A stretch of DNA of 64,000 nucleotides, from assembly GCA_012295275.1 (NCBI GenBank), contig CM022665.1, forward strand, positions 30,318,001 through 30,382,000. The letters are read 5' to 3'. Under the pieces are notes generated by a model that searched no databases, was not told the origin of the DNA, and saw nothing but the letters and a program-made list of their open reading frames with translations. Shown piece by piece: positions 1 to 12,641 of the stretch (position 1 is the first letter of the stretch; the number at the start of each line of letters is the position of its first letter). The translations under genes were made by a program, and so were the position numbers. The stretch comes from Chrysomallon squamiferum (taxonomy: Eukaryota; Animalia; Mollusca).

Positions 1-1059
1 TAAATTCTCTTTTCATCATGTCAACAAAAAATAAGAGAAAAAGAAAGGTATATATATATAGTCTCAAATACATCAAAGCAGAAATATCTAATCTCACTCC
101 GTTGACTGTCTTCTTATTAATTCTATGACAAACTTTTGGCTCCACATTTATATTTCTATCTGGTGAAAAGTTCAGTAAAATATCAGTCACGTCATTCTGT
201 GATTTTAATCATGAAGAAAATTTCTGCACTAAAACAATGTAACAGAACCAATCTTAATCTACGTCATGACTCTCCATGACACTGTATGTCATTATTTAGG
301 CAGAGCGCCCTTCAAAGAACAAATACGAAATAATGGATTTTCTGTTAGATCGATAGAATATGACAATCTATTATTGTTGTATCAGAAAACTTATATCTGA
401 TCTACATTGCGTGACCGGGTTTTGTTGAAAATGAGAGAAATAGGCCAAATTGTGTAAAACTGTTGGATCAATGAACATAATGGAAGCAACGCTCACTGAT
501 GCGTGTTGCCAGTTTTTAGACGCCGTTTAAGATTTTTAATGGTGCCTCTGGATATCACCTGAGCACACCGTGCACTAATCGCTTTTTAGATAACCAACAC
601 TGAAAATTTACAGTTAACAAAAATCTATACTATGACAGTGTTAGCCAAACAATGCTGTTATAACACTAATTATTACAAACTCGTTTCACATATTCACCAG
701 AGCCTGCAGAACGTTATATTGCTTCTAAATGTCATCGTCGGGTCTGAGTGGTTTTATTTTTATATATGTATTTATTTTTAGTTTATATTCTAATGGTGAA
801 TGCTATGCCCCTTCATTGATTTCTGATTAACTTCATTATTTTATTTCGTAGATTTACAATTAGTTTGACAGTGCATGGTTGTTATGTAACTGGAAATGAT
901 TAATGTTGGTTATTTATTTATCTGGACATTTGGATTTACGTCTGTATATAAATGTGTGTGTCTCTAAATGTATAGGAATAAAATATAATACATGTGCATG
1001 TAAAGAGAGAAAAACTGACTAATACGTAGACAAACTAGGAATGAACTAAAATAAATTTA

Positions 1060-1188
1060 AATAATAATAATAATAATAAAATAATAAATAAATAAATAAA
1101 AATTATGACTATGCTACTTAAGAACTGAAACTCAAAGGTAGAAAATAATTATAATAATTTTACTATTATTATTATTTTATCATCATCA

Positions 1189-1235
<47 letters not shown>

Positions 1236-1283
1236 GTCATTATTAATAAACATAAACGTAATAACAATAACAACAACAACAAC

Positions 1284-1325
<42 letters not shown>

Positions 1326-1340
1326 TAAATAATAATAATA
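1060..1340. repeat. (AAT)n/(TAT)n/(AAC)n microsatellite cluster with opposite-orientation tracts
   Basis: Direct reading. Confidence 0.93.
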
Positions 1341-2281
1341 AACGCCAAAACAACAGCAAACAAATTAAAAAAGGAAAAACATGCCGTGGATTACAAACAT
1401 CAGTCGCTCCTGTGATCAAAGTGTTTTCAAAAGGTGACAGATAATTCAGTATAGGTGTTATATTAATATTAGTTGATGGCACCATGCTGACGCTTAACAT
1501 GAAATTGCTGTCAAGTGAAGACTGCGTTGAAGCCAAACGCTGGAACATCCACCGACGCAAATGTCAAGCGCATCCAGCTGTCAAAGAAAATAGTTCGGTT
1601 GATACGAAATTTTAGTGTTGGCCACTGGAGTATTTTATTTCAAGCTAGCGCGTGCTTCTTTGGCAGACGACATTTCCCTGGAGGTCCAGGAAAATTAATT
1701 TCCAGTAATGTGTTGCATTTAGGAGGCTATAGTTGCGGTTAGCAACGGGACCCTGTTTTAGATATTAACAGGATGTATGTGGTTTATAGAAAATAAAACC
1801 TCTGTGAAATGGTTTGTCTGTTTTATGGTGGTGTATCCTGAACAATCGAAATGAAATTTATTGTTCCTTACAAAGTGAAAGAAACCAAAAATTTGGACTG
1901 AATATAAATAGATCAATTTTTTTCAAACAGGTTTCGTGTTTGTTATGTATTTTTTCTACGCAGTGTAGCAAACATGTTGTTAAGAGTGCACATTTTTACA
2001 AGGGAAGTAGAGGAATCTGTAATTGTCAATATGGGTATTGTTCCTTTCGAACCTTTTCATAACTCTGACAAAATGGTAACAGGTTATTTTATTTTTGAAT
2101 TAATTACATTATCTGTTTAAATACAGTATTTGTAAAGCAGGCTTTTATAATGATGATAAAATGCAAAATGAGTTCTAATTTCACCTCCTCCCCATTATTT
2201 ATGTTATATTTAATTGTTTTGAAAGATAGCACTATCAGTCTAACACCTCTGCATAACCAATTATACAGGATGGGCGGAAGA

Positions 2282-2282
2282 G

Positions 2283-2368
<86 letters not shown>

Positions 2369-2493
2369 TATAATTATAATTATAATAATGTGTGTATTGT
2401 TTTGTACAGATCATAATGGGTTTTTTCTTTCAATATATATATATATATATATATTATTATTATTATTATTATTATCATCATCATCATCATCAT
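2282..2493. repeat. (AAT)n, (AT)n, (TAT)n and (CAT)n microsatellites
   Basis: Direct reading. Confidence 0.93.
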
Positions 2494-5400
2494 CGAACGT
2501 TTTGCAGTCTAAGCACGACTGAATACTGCAATGCTAATTTTTAAAAATAATAATAAATGGAAGTTGCAGTCTTCCTCTTCCTGCACTACATAGGTCTAAT
2601 TTCTTGCATTTTCAGAACTGGCTGTAAACCAGTTTTCTGAACGTGATAGAAGAATTGGTTTGTATGTTGTTGGGTTGTTTTTTTGTTGTTTTTTTTAAGC
2701 ACCCGTTCCAGCAGGTGCACCATTTTTTTCTTCTGAAATACTAGTCTATTTCTAGTTTTTCATTCTTTCTTTCTTTTTCCTTTACCTTTTTTTCCCCTAT
2801 TATTATTATTATTATCATTATTTTTTTTTTTTAACGAAAACATATTCTGGTTGATTGCATTTTCAGCGGAACATCATTGGTCCCCAGTGCCTAGAAGGAT
2901 CGTGTGCGGAACAAAAACTAAAAGAACATTGTAATGACGGGAGCCAGTCTCCGATCTGATTAAGTGGCGTCAACGTCCTCAGGCATTTTTATTCTCCGTC
3001 TTCTTGAATTTTTCACCAACCCCACAGGAAACCTTTTAAATATGTATGTCTGCATGCTTCCTGATACTTTAATGTGGATGGGATGAGAGCAAGGGAGAAA
3101 GTGAGAGAGAGAGAAAGGATAGAGAGATCGAGACAGAGAGGTTAGATTAAGAAAGATCGTTAGATAAACAGACAAAGATAGACTCCGAGAGAGTTACAGA
3201 GATAAAAAAAAAAAGAAAAAAAATGAGAGAGCGAGAATAGATTGAAAGAGAAAAAAAAAAGAGGATAGATTAACAGATAATGAGAAGATAGAATGAATGA
3301 AAGACACACACTCCTGTTCTATAAAGCAATAAAAATGTATTAAATGCAATGAAATAAAATTAATTAATGCAAAAGAAGACAAAGTATTAATTGTTCATGT
3401 CTTTTATTCTCTTTTCTTGGCCAGACACAAAATGAACGCACTAACATGCAAACACGCAAGAAATACATGCATGTTATTATAGTCTTGTAAATATTTTATT
3501 CCATGCGAGACTAAATAAAAAGAATAAAAGTCAGAATCTGATGCAAAAATTTCAAAAACATTTTCCACGTATTCTATAAATAAATTAATAAATATTTAAC
3601 GACATAATTACATTAAATGTTAGGTGTTACACATAGGTAAATATAGAGATAAGTTAATAATTATATTTACAAATTAAATTAGAACACATTGTATACGACA
3701 ATGTAAAAAATAGATATCACAGTTATCAAAGTACGTAACTGAAATATATCCATTAACAGAGTGCTATATTTCTGTTATAATAATAATAATAATAACAGTA
3801 ATCATAATAACAGTAAAATCAGCAGTAATAATAATACAATTTAAAATAATATGTTCTTGCGTGTTTCAGTTTGGAATACAGTGAATGAATTTTTCTATTA
3901 TATATCAAAAAAACTTTATCGTTTGTGTCCAGATTCTAGGTTACCTAGAAATGACTTTGTCACCTGCAAGCTATAAAATTTCAATGTTAAATGAGCGCTT
4001 GACAAGGTGTAATGTAATCAATACTTAAACAGTTGATGAGCAAACCGGTTTATATAAAATTAGATCAACAATGGATCACAGTACAACTGTTATTATTACT
4101 AACAATAAGAGGAAAAAAACTGAACGAAAACAAATAAAAAATGGACATATAATAACTTCTGTTTTAGTAATGATATATTAATAAACTAGAAAAAAAAAAA
4201 AAAAAAAATGTATATTCATGGTCCCTTTCAAACGTAGTTGTTGTTAAAACGACAAATTAATGTAAAGTCTTTCTGATCTCTGTTACTGTGTGTGTGTATA
4301 TCATTTATGTATTTTTGGATGTAGAGTGTGTATATATATGTACACTTATACACACTATGCATGTGAGTACCGATGTGTCTGTTTGAATGTTGAATACATA
4401 ACTATATTCGTACCCAAACAAAAACAAATACATCACACACACCCACACACACACAGAGTAATACATACATAGAGAATCACACAGAAATACATACACAAAT
4501 ACACATAACACCACAAAATATATCAGCGTTTGTGAGCTATTTTTGATAAACATCTCTTACAAAAGCCACGCCTAAGAACGTTGACATTTTCTCAGCTTAA
4601 GGTTGCATTAGCGCACAAACAAACTAGACAACTATTTGTAACATCTCCATTCTTCAAATAGAACTAACAGCTATTACCTCTACCATTAGCTTTATTTATT
4701 AATGACTGAATCACACAAAATAATGCTGAAAATACTTAAACTGAATCTTACACTGAATGCATTAACATTTCCGTACAAGAGAACACGGCTGTAGTAAATG
4801 GAATCCGTTTTCAGAACAGTAGAAATGGTATATACATTTAACAAACTTCAACAACAGCACTGCTTAAAGAGTTTATTTTTAGCCAATACTGAATCAACTG
4901 GTTTTTATCATCTATTTTGTTTTGTTTTTTATTTTTTTATTTTTGCTTTTGTTTTTCTTTTCTTAACCTATCAGTATATATTGATTTTAATCAGTAGGTT
5001 TTTAAATTTCATTGATGAAAAACAATACAGAAATCTCAAAGGGTAAATTGATTGCAAATTGATCGTAAAAACGTCTGACCCAACTGTTTGACTGTTTCTG
5101 TTAAGAATGTCAGGAAGCCAGGTCTAATAGACTACCTAATAAATTTCACTTAATTCTTGAATGAATTTTTTTTATTATTACACATCGACACAATTTCTTT
5201 TTATAACATCAAGAGGTATATAAATTTGTTTCACTGTTTTTTATCGATCACGTATGAGGCTGGAAATCCCTTAACAGCTATTTTTGGGCTCTTCTTACCG
5301 ATTAGCAGCTAGAATGATGTCGTTTGCACCTTTCCGTAGACTGGAAAGTATTAACCAAGATTTTTCTTAAGATGACTGAATTGCAGTGACTGAATCTTCA

Positions 5401-5578
5401 GAGAAATCCTCCGATTTATTTCATTTATTATTATTATTATTATTATTTTTTTTTTTCACACATATATTATTTCTTTAGAAACGTTAGAAGAAATACCCTT
5501 TACAGACTTGAAAAAAATACTTAGCTATTGTAACTTTTTTCCATTCTATTTTATTATAAAATATTGTGCGATTGTGTA

Positions 5579-5612
<34 letters not shown>

Positions 5613-5964
5613 TAGTTTTACATACACATCATGTATAATTTTAGTTAAGTTAACTTTATACATGTGCTTGTATATATATGTATTTAATATGTGTTCCATT
5701 TGCTTACAAATGTATTTTTATTCATTATGTAACTCCCAATACACAAACATTTGAACATACGTAAATAATGAGTGCTTGGATAGCAAGCATTATGACTCTT
5801 TTTGAACTGCTGATAAAATCAAAGGCTTTTTAACTGAGCTTTAAAATTCACTTTTGTGACATATTTAGTTATATGATTTGTAAGCATTGTAGCCTCTATG
5901 CTACAACATACATATTTAGGGAAAGTTTTCAAAATTGCAATTTTGAACTGTGCATGGATATAGA

Positions 5965-6173
5965 TAAATAGATCGAGGGATAGACATACAGTCATGCAGA
6001 TAGGCAGACATACATTCATACAAATAGACAGACAGATATAAGGTTAGGTATAAACGTAGATAGATAGACAGATAGGTAAACAGACAGACAGACACATAGA
6101 TATACACACAGACAGATAGGTAGACAGGTAGGTAGTTAGGTAGGTTGGCTGGTAGTTAAGTGGAGTGAATAGG

Positions 6174-6240
<67 letters not shown>
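5965..6240. repeat. GATA/GACA-type tetranucleotide tract followed by (GA)n
   Basis: Direct reading; pure (GA)n at about 6176-6240. Confidence 0.92.
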
Positions 6241-6243
<3 letters not shown>

Positions 6244-6624
6244 AGCTCTCTGTTTTTGTCGATGTTGCTGGCATAACTAACATTTATACTGGTTCGTGTT
6301 CATGCAAATATCATTATCTGAATATAAATGAAGTCAGTTTATTGGATAGAGTTCACTGCATTAAATCATTTGTAATAATGTACCCTATATATTAGGATGT
6401 TCTACTGAATAAATAATTTACAAATAAATAATGTCACAGACTTATGCTTTTTTATATGCCGTTAATAGTAATATGTAAAATGAAATTTCATGTGAGTATC
6501 TTCATGAAGTATACATCTTGCGTTATTTTCGTTAATATCGATAAATAATTATTACATTTTATTGATATTACTGTTATTATTACCATTATGATTTCCATGA
6601 TAATTATCACCATTGACATCATCA

Positions 6625-6625
6625 A

Positions 6626-6705
<80 letters not shown>
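6625..6705. repeat. (ATT)n microsatellite
   Basis: Direct reading. Confidence 0.96.
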
Positions 6706-6706
<1 letters not shown>

Positions 6707-8799
6707 TGAGTTTGGTAATAGTGGTGGTAAATGCAATAGTTTTAGTTCTAGTAGAAAACATAATAATTACCAACATTAAGATCCATTCATTCATTCATTC
6801 ATTCGATCGTTCGTTTATTTTATTTATTTATTTGTTCAAGTTAATTGAGTATAGTTCAAATGATACAATACGTATATATGTCATTATGAAAGGAGATCAA
6901 TTTTCAGTATTTTTTTCAAATTCTAAAATTTGCGGAATTTGTTACACAAAAACTTTCCCCAAACCTCCTGTATCATCTATATTCTACAGTTTCTATGTAT
7001 TGCTTGTTTCAAGTTAGTTTCTAGGTATGTCCTTTTAATAATTTATATATTTACACCTGACTGGCATTTAATAGCCGATATATTTCTGTGCTGAGGTATC
7101 GTTAAACTTTTAGCTGTTCATTTTCTTTTTCTTGGAATGGCAGCGAATGCAGTGTTTCTTGTAACTTATTTATTTATTTATTTATTTATTTATTTTTTAT
7201 TTTATTATTATTTTATTATTATTATTTTTTATTTACTTTTTGTTTGTTTGTTTGTTTGTTTGGGCACGTATTCCATTATTCGCGAGTCGTAATTTATGCC
7301 ATTTCAGTTTTGTACTTTTAAATCTGCGTAATTTGTTATAGGCATGCAGCATCGTAATAATTTCTTAACTTGCTTGTTTCACACACACAAATATTTGTGT
7401 GTGTGTGTGTGTGTGTGTAAACAAACACACACATGATATGTAGCTGTATGAATGGATATTTTATTTGACATTATTATAAATGTAGCTTTTCTGTATGACT
7501 GTGTCAACTATATTAATTAAAATGTTTATCACACTTATGAAATTAAATTTGTGCTGTTAACAACATCGAGAACAATTCAAACAGAGCGGTTCCAGCGACA
7601 CTAAATTACAACACAGCAAACCTCTGGACAGACGTTCGTAATGGAAAAAATGTTTAAAGAGCTTTTCACGTATCTTTGGAACATACACCATTGATGTCGG
7701 CGTGGAAAACAGTATTGATTGGAATACCTAGCGTGGAAAGAAACGACAGTTAAAACAATAACATTAAATGAAACAGAAATAATGAAAGAATGCAGAAACC
7801 TAGAACACAGAAGGAACGAAAGAACAAGTGCAAGAAATAAAGAAAAACGAAAAAAAAAAAAAAAAACATAGAAAGTAAAACGAAAAAGAAAAGATAGAAA
7901 GAAACAGTAAAAGAAAAAAGAAACTAACAACAACAACAACAAAAAAACAACAAAAACAAAACAACTTAGTTTAAGATTGCGTTGCTTTTATTATCACAAA
8001 ATAAAATGATATACTTACCTATTTACAAAATGATTTACTATTAATGTTACTATTACATTTATTCTAAAAAACACGAAAAACCCCACAGACATTACGTTAT
8101 TAATTCCACCACTGTTCAGTTTTAAACGGCAACACTCAAGTCTGTTGAGCAGTAAGACTGAATCATGTTACTGATAGAAAAGTAGACACGCCTAGTTCAT
8201 TTACCTAACTAATCTTTTAATACACTAATCCATTATGTTAGATTATTAAGTATTGGAAAAAGTAAGAAAAAAATATTATAGATAACTTTGTCACCAATAA
8301 TCACAAATCGAAAGTAGGCGCCAATACAAACAACTTTTTTATGTGAATTAATTGATACGGAATCATGTATGTCATATTAAATGGAACTTGGAGTTCATTT
8401 TTTTTTTTCTTTTAAAAAAAAGAAAAGAAGATATAATAGAAAAATGTGATAGATATCGATCCCAAATGTGATCTGTAAACGCCAATGTGTTTCAGTACTT
8501 TCACATTTGAATGCATTCATTTCATAAATAACTTAATCTTCCGAGCTCCAAGGAATTGAACGCTAAGAATCAATATAAACTACATTTACGTAACAACTTT
8601 TGGCTAATGCCATAATATGTTATAATTGCATTCTGTGCCACGCATGCAACACACATAAAACATTAATTAATCAATCCATTAAGAAATGTTAGATATGTTG
8701 ACTTGTTCACTCCTGTATCTGTTTTACATGACCACTGCACTTGAACTACCATGTCGCAAAAAACATTAATGTGACAACGTATTGAATATGTGTATATTC

Positions 8800-9260
8800 A
8801 CCTGTCTGTGTACCTACCAACCTAACTTTCTATTCACCTATCCGTATATCCTCCAAACCACTATATTCATCCATTCGTTTATCTAGACATCAACTTGCTT
8901 ATCTAACTTTGTCTATCTGTTTACCTACCTACTTAACTATCTATCTGTCTGTCTGTCTTCCCGTGTCTTTATATCTATCTTTATATCAGGCCGTTTGCCT
9001 GCAGGTCTGAGGGCCAACTTACCTACATGTACTTACAGATAGATAGATAGCCATTCTTTCTATCCATCCATCGATCTATCCAACCTCTCCTGTACCTGTC
9101 TGTCTAACTGTCTATCTTTCTCTTTATGTCTATAGTTACTACGAATATATGTATACATCTACTCAGCTGTCTATTTCTCTATCCATGTCTATCTGTCTTT
9201 CTGCCTGTCTCTCTGCTGTCTGACTTTCTGTCTGCTGTCTGCCTGGCCGTTTACCTACAT
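8800..9260. repeat. Degenerate TCTA/TCTG/CCTA tetranucleotide low-complexity tract
   Basis: Direct reading. Confidence 0.75.
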
Positions 9261-9689
9261 AAATGTATTTGTAAAGGCCTACTTATTTATTTACATATAC
9301 TGAACATAAACATTTTTTTTTTTCTCACTGTATGACTTTTTGAGAGCCTCAAACATTTTTTTTTCTCACTCAAGAAGATAATAGAAGTAAATTAAATTTA
9401 AAAAGGCTATATTATTTTCAGCATTATTTCTTCAGATTATTTCTAGTTTTTTAGATATTAATCTTGTATTTGACGTTCGTAGGAGGTACATAAAAATTGT
9501 CCTGCAAAAGATTCATTGACAAACAGAGCAAATCCCCCAAACACCAATTTGTGATCATTTCAATATTTCCTTCTTGCAATTTTCAGTTTTTTTATTCCTT
9601 TCACCATTCTTGAATTTGTTCCTGCCAGTAAAAACACACTCACAAAAAAAAAGAAGTAAAAAGACAAATGCAAATTATAAACGTGGAAG

Positions 9690-10207
9690 CGCGTTCGGAT
9701 TAAGACCTTTCTGACTTTCCAGTAATTAGCCTTTGTTGAATGATCGTCCTGGAAAGTACGATAATCACAACTATTGGAAAAATTCATCAATTTGCGTGTA
9801 TTCCTAAATGATCCACTGCATTCGTGCCCTCGCCCGAGTGCCGAACAAATCAATAATTTCCTCATTTTGTATTCTGGACAACCAGCTCAGCGCTGGCTCT
9901 GAAACCGTGTTCCAGCTTAAAGTGGCGCTAACGTCTGTCCCCCACCAAAGCACCCGACAGAACGGGTCACCCGTGGCAGAAAGGAGTTAGAATTTCTTCA
10001 AATCGTAAAGGATCATGTACCGCAGTTTGGCGATTATGACGTAAAGGAGGAAATTCTGTTCCATGCGTATGCAACACCAATGGCGGTCTAGAAACAATAT
10101 GGCGTCAACATCTTCATTGACAGTTAAACGCATGTGTTAGTAAGGAATGAATACGCGGGATCTTTCGCTAGCGTGTTCATACTTACAACGAGGAAGCCAA
10201 GGTAAGG
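9690..10207 (+). promoter_or_regulatory. Candidate promoter and non-coding first exon (probably of the Nav gene)
   Basis: GC/CpG-enriched patch in an AT-rich background, with TGACGTAA (10037-10044), two YY1-like ATGGCG motifs (CCAATGGCGG 10077-10086; AATATGGCGTC 10096-10106) and a strong donor AAG|GTAAGG at 10202, after which the sequence returns to AT-rich. Confidence 0.45.
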
Positions 10208-11797
10208 AACGCGACTAAGTATTGTCATTTTAGATTCACAGATCGCACAGATATTGTTTTTATCAAACAAAAAACGTTGCCTGAGTGTGTACCAATTATT
10301 CTGAAAGATCGATCTATCATTTTTTTTTTCCCATCCCTTATTTTAGTTACAATTCTAATCTGTACTCAATTTCATTTTTTTTCAATATATTTTATTTCGG
10401 GCCAATTTAATCTTAAAAAAGAAATGATTTTAACTATAGTTGTATTACAAATGGTAATTGTGTGTGTAAAAGTTTTGTCCCAAACTAATATTCAAGTTCC
10501 AGTATTAAGCAGACTGATGGAATGTTATAGAAGATTTAACAAATATCTAGACCTTAAATGGCCAAAGAGCAATCAACCATGTGGTAGCTCTACCAGAGGT
10601 CTTAGAAACGAAAGCATCGATAGTTCCATTCCATTTACAGCCATATTCGATCGGCTCGCCAGTTATGTTCAGAGAGTAGATCTGGCATCACTAACATAAT
10701 GGAGTGTCTGTTGCATAATTTATATACAAACCCAGCGATCATGCTTGCTGTGTACACGAGAGGCTGTCAATAACGACATCAGAGAAGACAGTGGTATTGT
10801 TCGAACCAGCGTTAAAAATACCACGTTATATCTGAAATGTTAATGAGACTGAGTAGAAATCAAAAAGTGGGTATAGAGACCAAACCGTTTGGAGATAAAA
10901 GTGCATTTATCATTAGCAGAGTTTTAAAGTTCTTTAGCGGTACTGGTATTAGTAATACATATTTGTTTCCTTGTTTTGTCTTCAATAAACTGGCCTAATT
11001 TCTATTTCAAGAAGAAAGAGGCAATTTATAAAGTTCAGGGTCTTTTTTCTCTGAATAACCAGGAAAAAACTCCAACAAAAAAAAAAAAAAAAAAACCCAG
11101 AAAATAATAAAAAGATGTTTGCATTCTTCTACATGAAGTGAAAACCACTTGTTAAACTTATGGGTTATTAGTTAATTTTTTTTTTTTTTAATATTATTTA
11201 TTAATGCTATTGTTTTGCACCTGTAACAAAAGTTAATAATTTGCCATATTTCGCCCGTTTGAAAATCACACACACACACGCACGCACACACATACACACA
11301 CACGTATACACGTATCTTATCCATGATCTATAGGTTAATGAGTGTATGGTATTTATTAATGTTGATAACAGTAATTAAAATTAATTAAAGATGATTCTAA
11401 AATAAAATGATATTCATCGAAAGAAATAATAAATAATAATATATATATAATGGAACTCACTTCATTTTGAAATTAACTACCACAGTGACGGTGCTTCATT
11501 TTTTGAAAATCCTGTATATGGTCCAACATGGTATTTGACTGTGTCATTCATAACATTTTGCTTCTCCACTTACCATATACAGACGTGATCCAAGGCCTAA
11601 GACCATAATTTCGATTTTGGTGAAAGAAAACCATAAACATTTGAAAAATATTATTATAAATTGATAAGTATATGTGCATAAATCAAGGCAGATACAAGTT
11701 GTAATTTATACGTTTATCTGTTTAAGAATATGCTGGCCTTTTGTAGGGGATTATAGAAATTTTGGTTACGAGGTAGTTTCTTCTGCCCACTGTGTAC

Positions 11798-11833
<36 letters not shown>

Positions 11834-12610
11834 TAATAGTATTTCTGTCTCTCTAGAGTGCGAGACACACATACATACAGATAAACACACACACACACAC
11901 ACACATATATATATGAATAGACGAAACGACAACAACAATAATAATAATATTAAAATTTAAAGGCAAGATAATTATGTTTGTTTTTCTTAAGCTCTCGTGA
12001 ACGTACGTTGCTCTCGAATCAGCGTAACATCAAAACAGTCGGACCTAAATGAAAAACCAAAATCAAAGTTCCAGTCTTCTTGTTTATTAACCTTTTATGT
12101 CAGGAATAACATCACTGTTAACAATTCATACACTTTATTCAGTTATTACAAGACATAAATAATGACAAATGAAACTCTTGTTCAAGCATACCTGTTCTTT
12201 TAACTAAGAAGGAGAGAAGTGATGTTAACTATTAATATATTTATTCTGTGTAAATAAAAAATATTTTTGTTTGAAAAAACAATATATATAAAGACAGTGC
12301 ATGTTCGTGATTTTCGTCTTTTATCATTAACAAGGAGAGTATCTCAGCTTTCAGAGAGAGGTGAGTGCACCATCATTGTTGCCACACAACCGCAATACAT
12401 AGCAAATAAATAAATTAAGCACCGGATAATTCCTACTTTGGCCTGCTAAGTAGATATTCGTATTTTAAAGTACAAGCAATTGTAAATTCAGTTTTTGTTT
12501 TATTTAGATGTCTAATATACACAAACCGATGGCCATTCTTTTCTTCTTCTTCTTTTTTCAAATTTTATAAAGAAACTTGCCTCTGTGTATTTGTTTTGTT
12601 TTGTTTTTAA

Positions 12611-12641
<31 letters not shown>

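Noticed and set aside
11490-11520. TTTTTTGAAAATCCTGTATA resembling a Tc1/mariner end
   Set aside because: Solo fragment with no matching opposite terminus seen.
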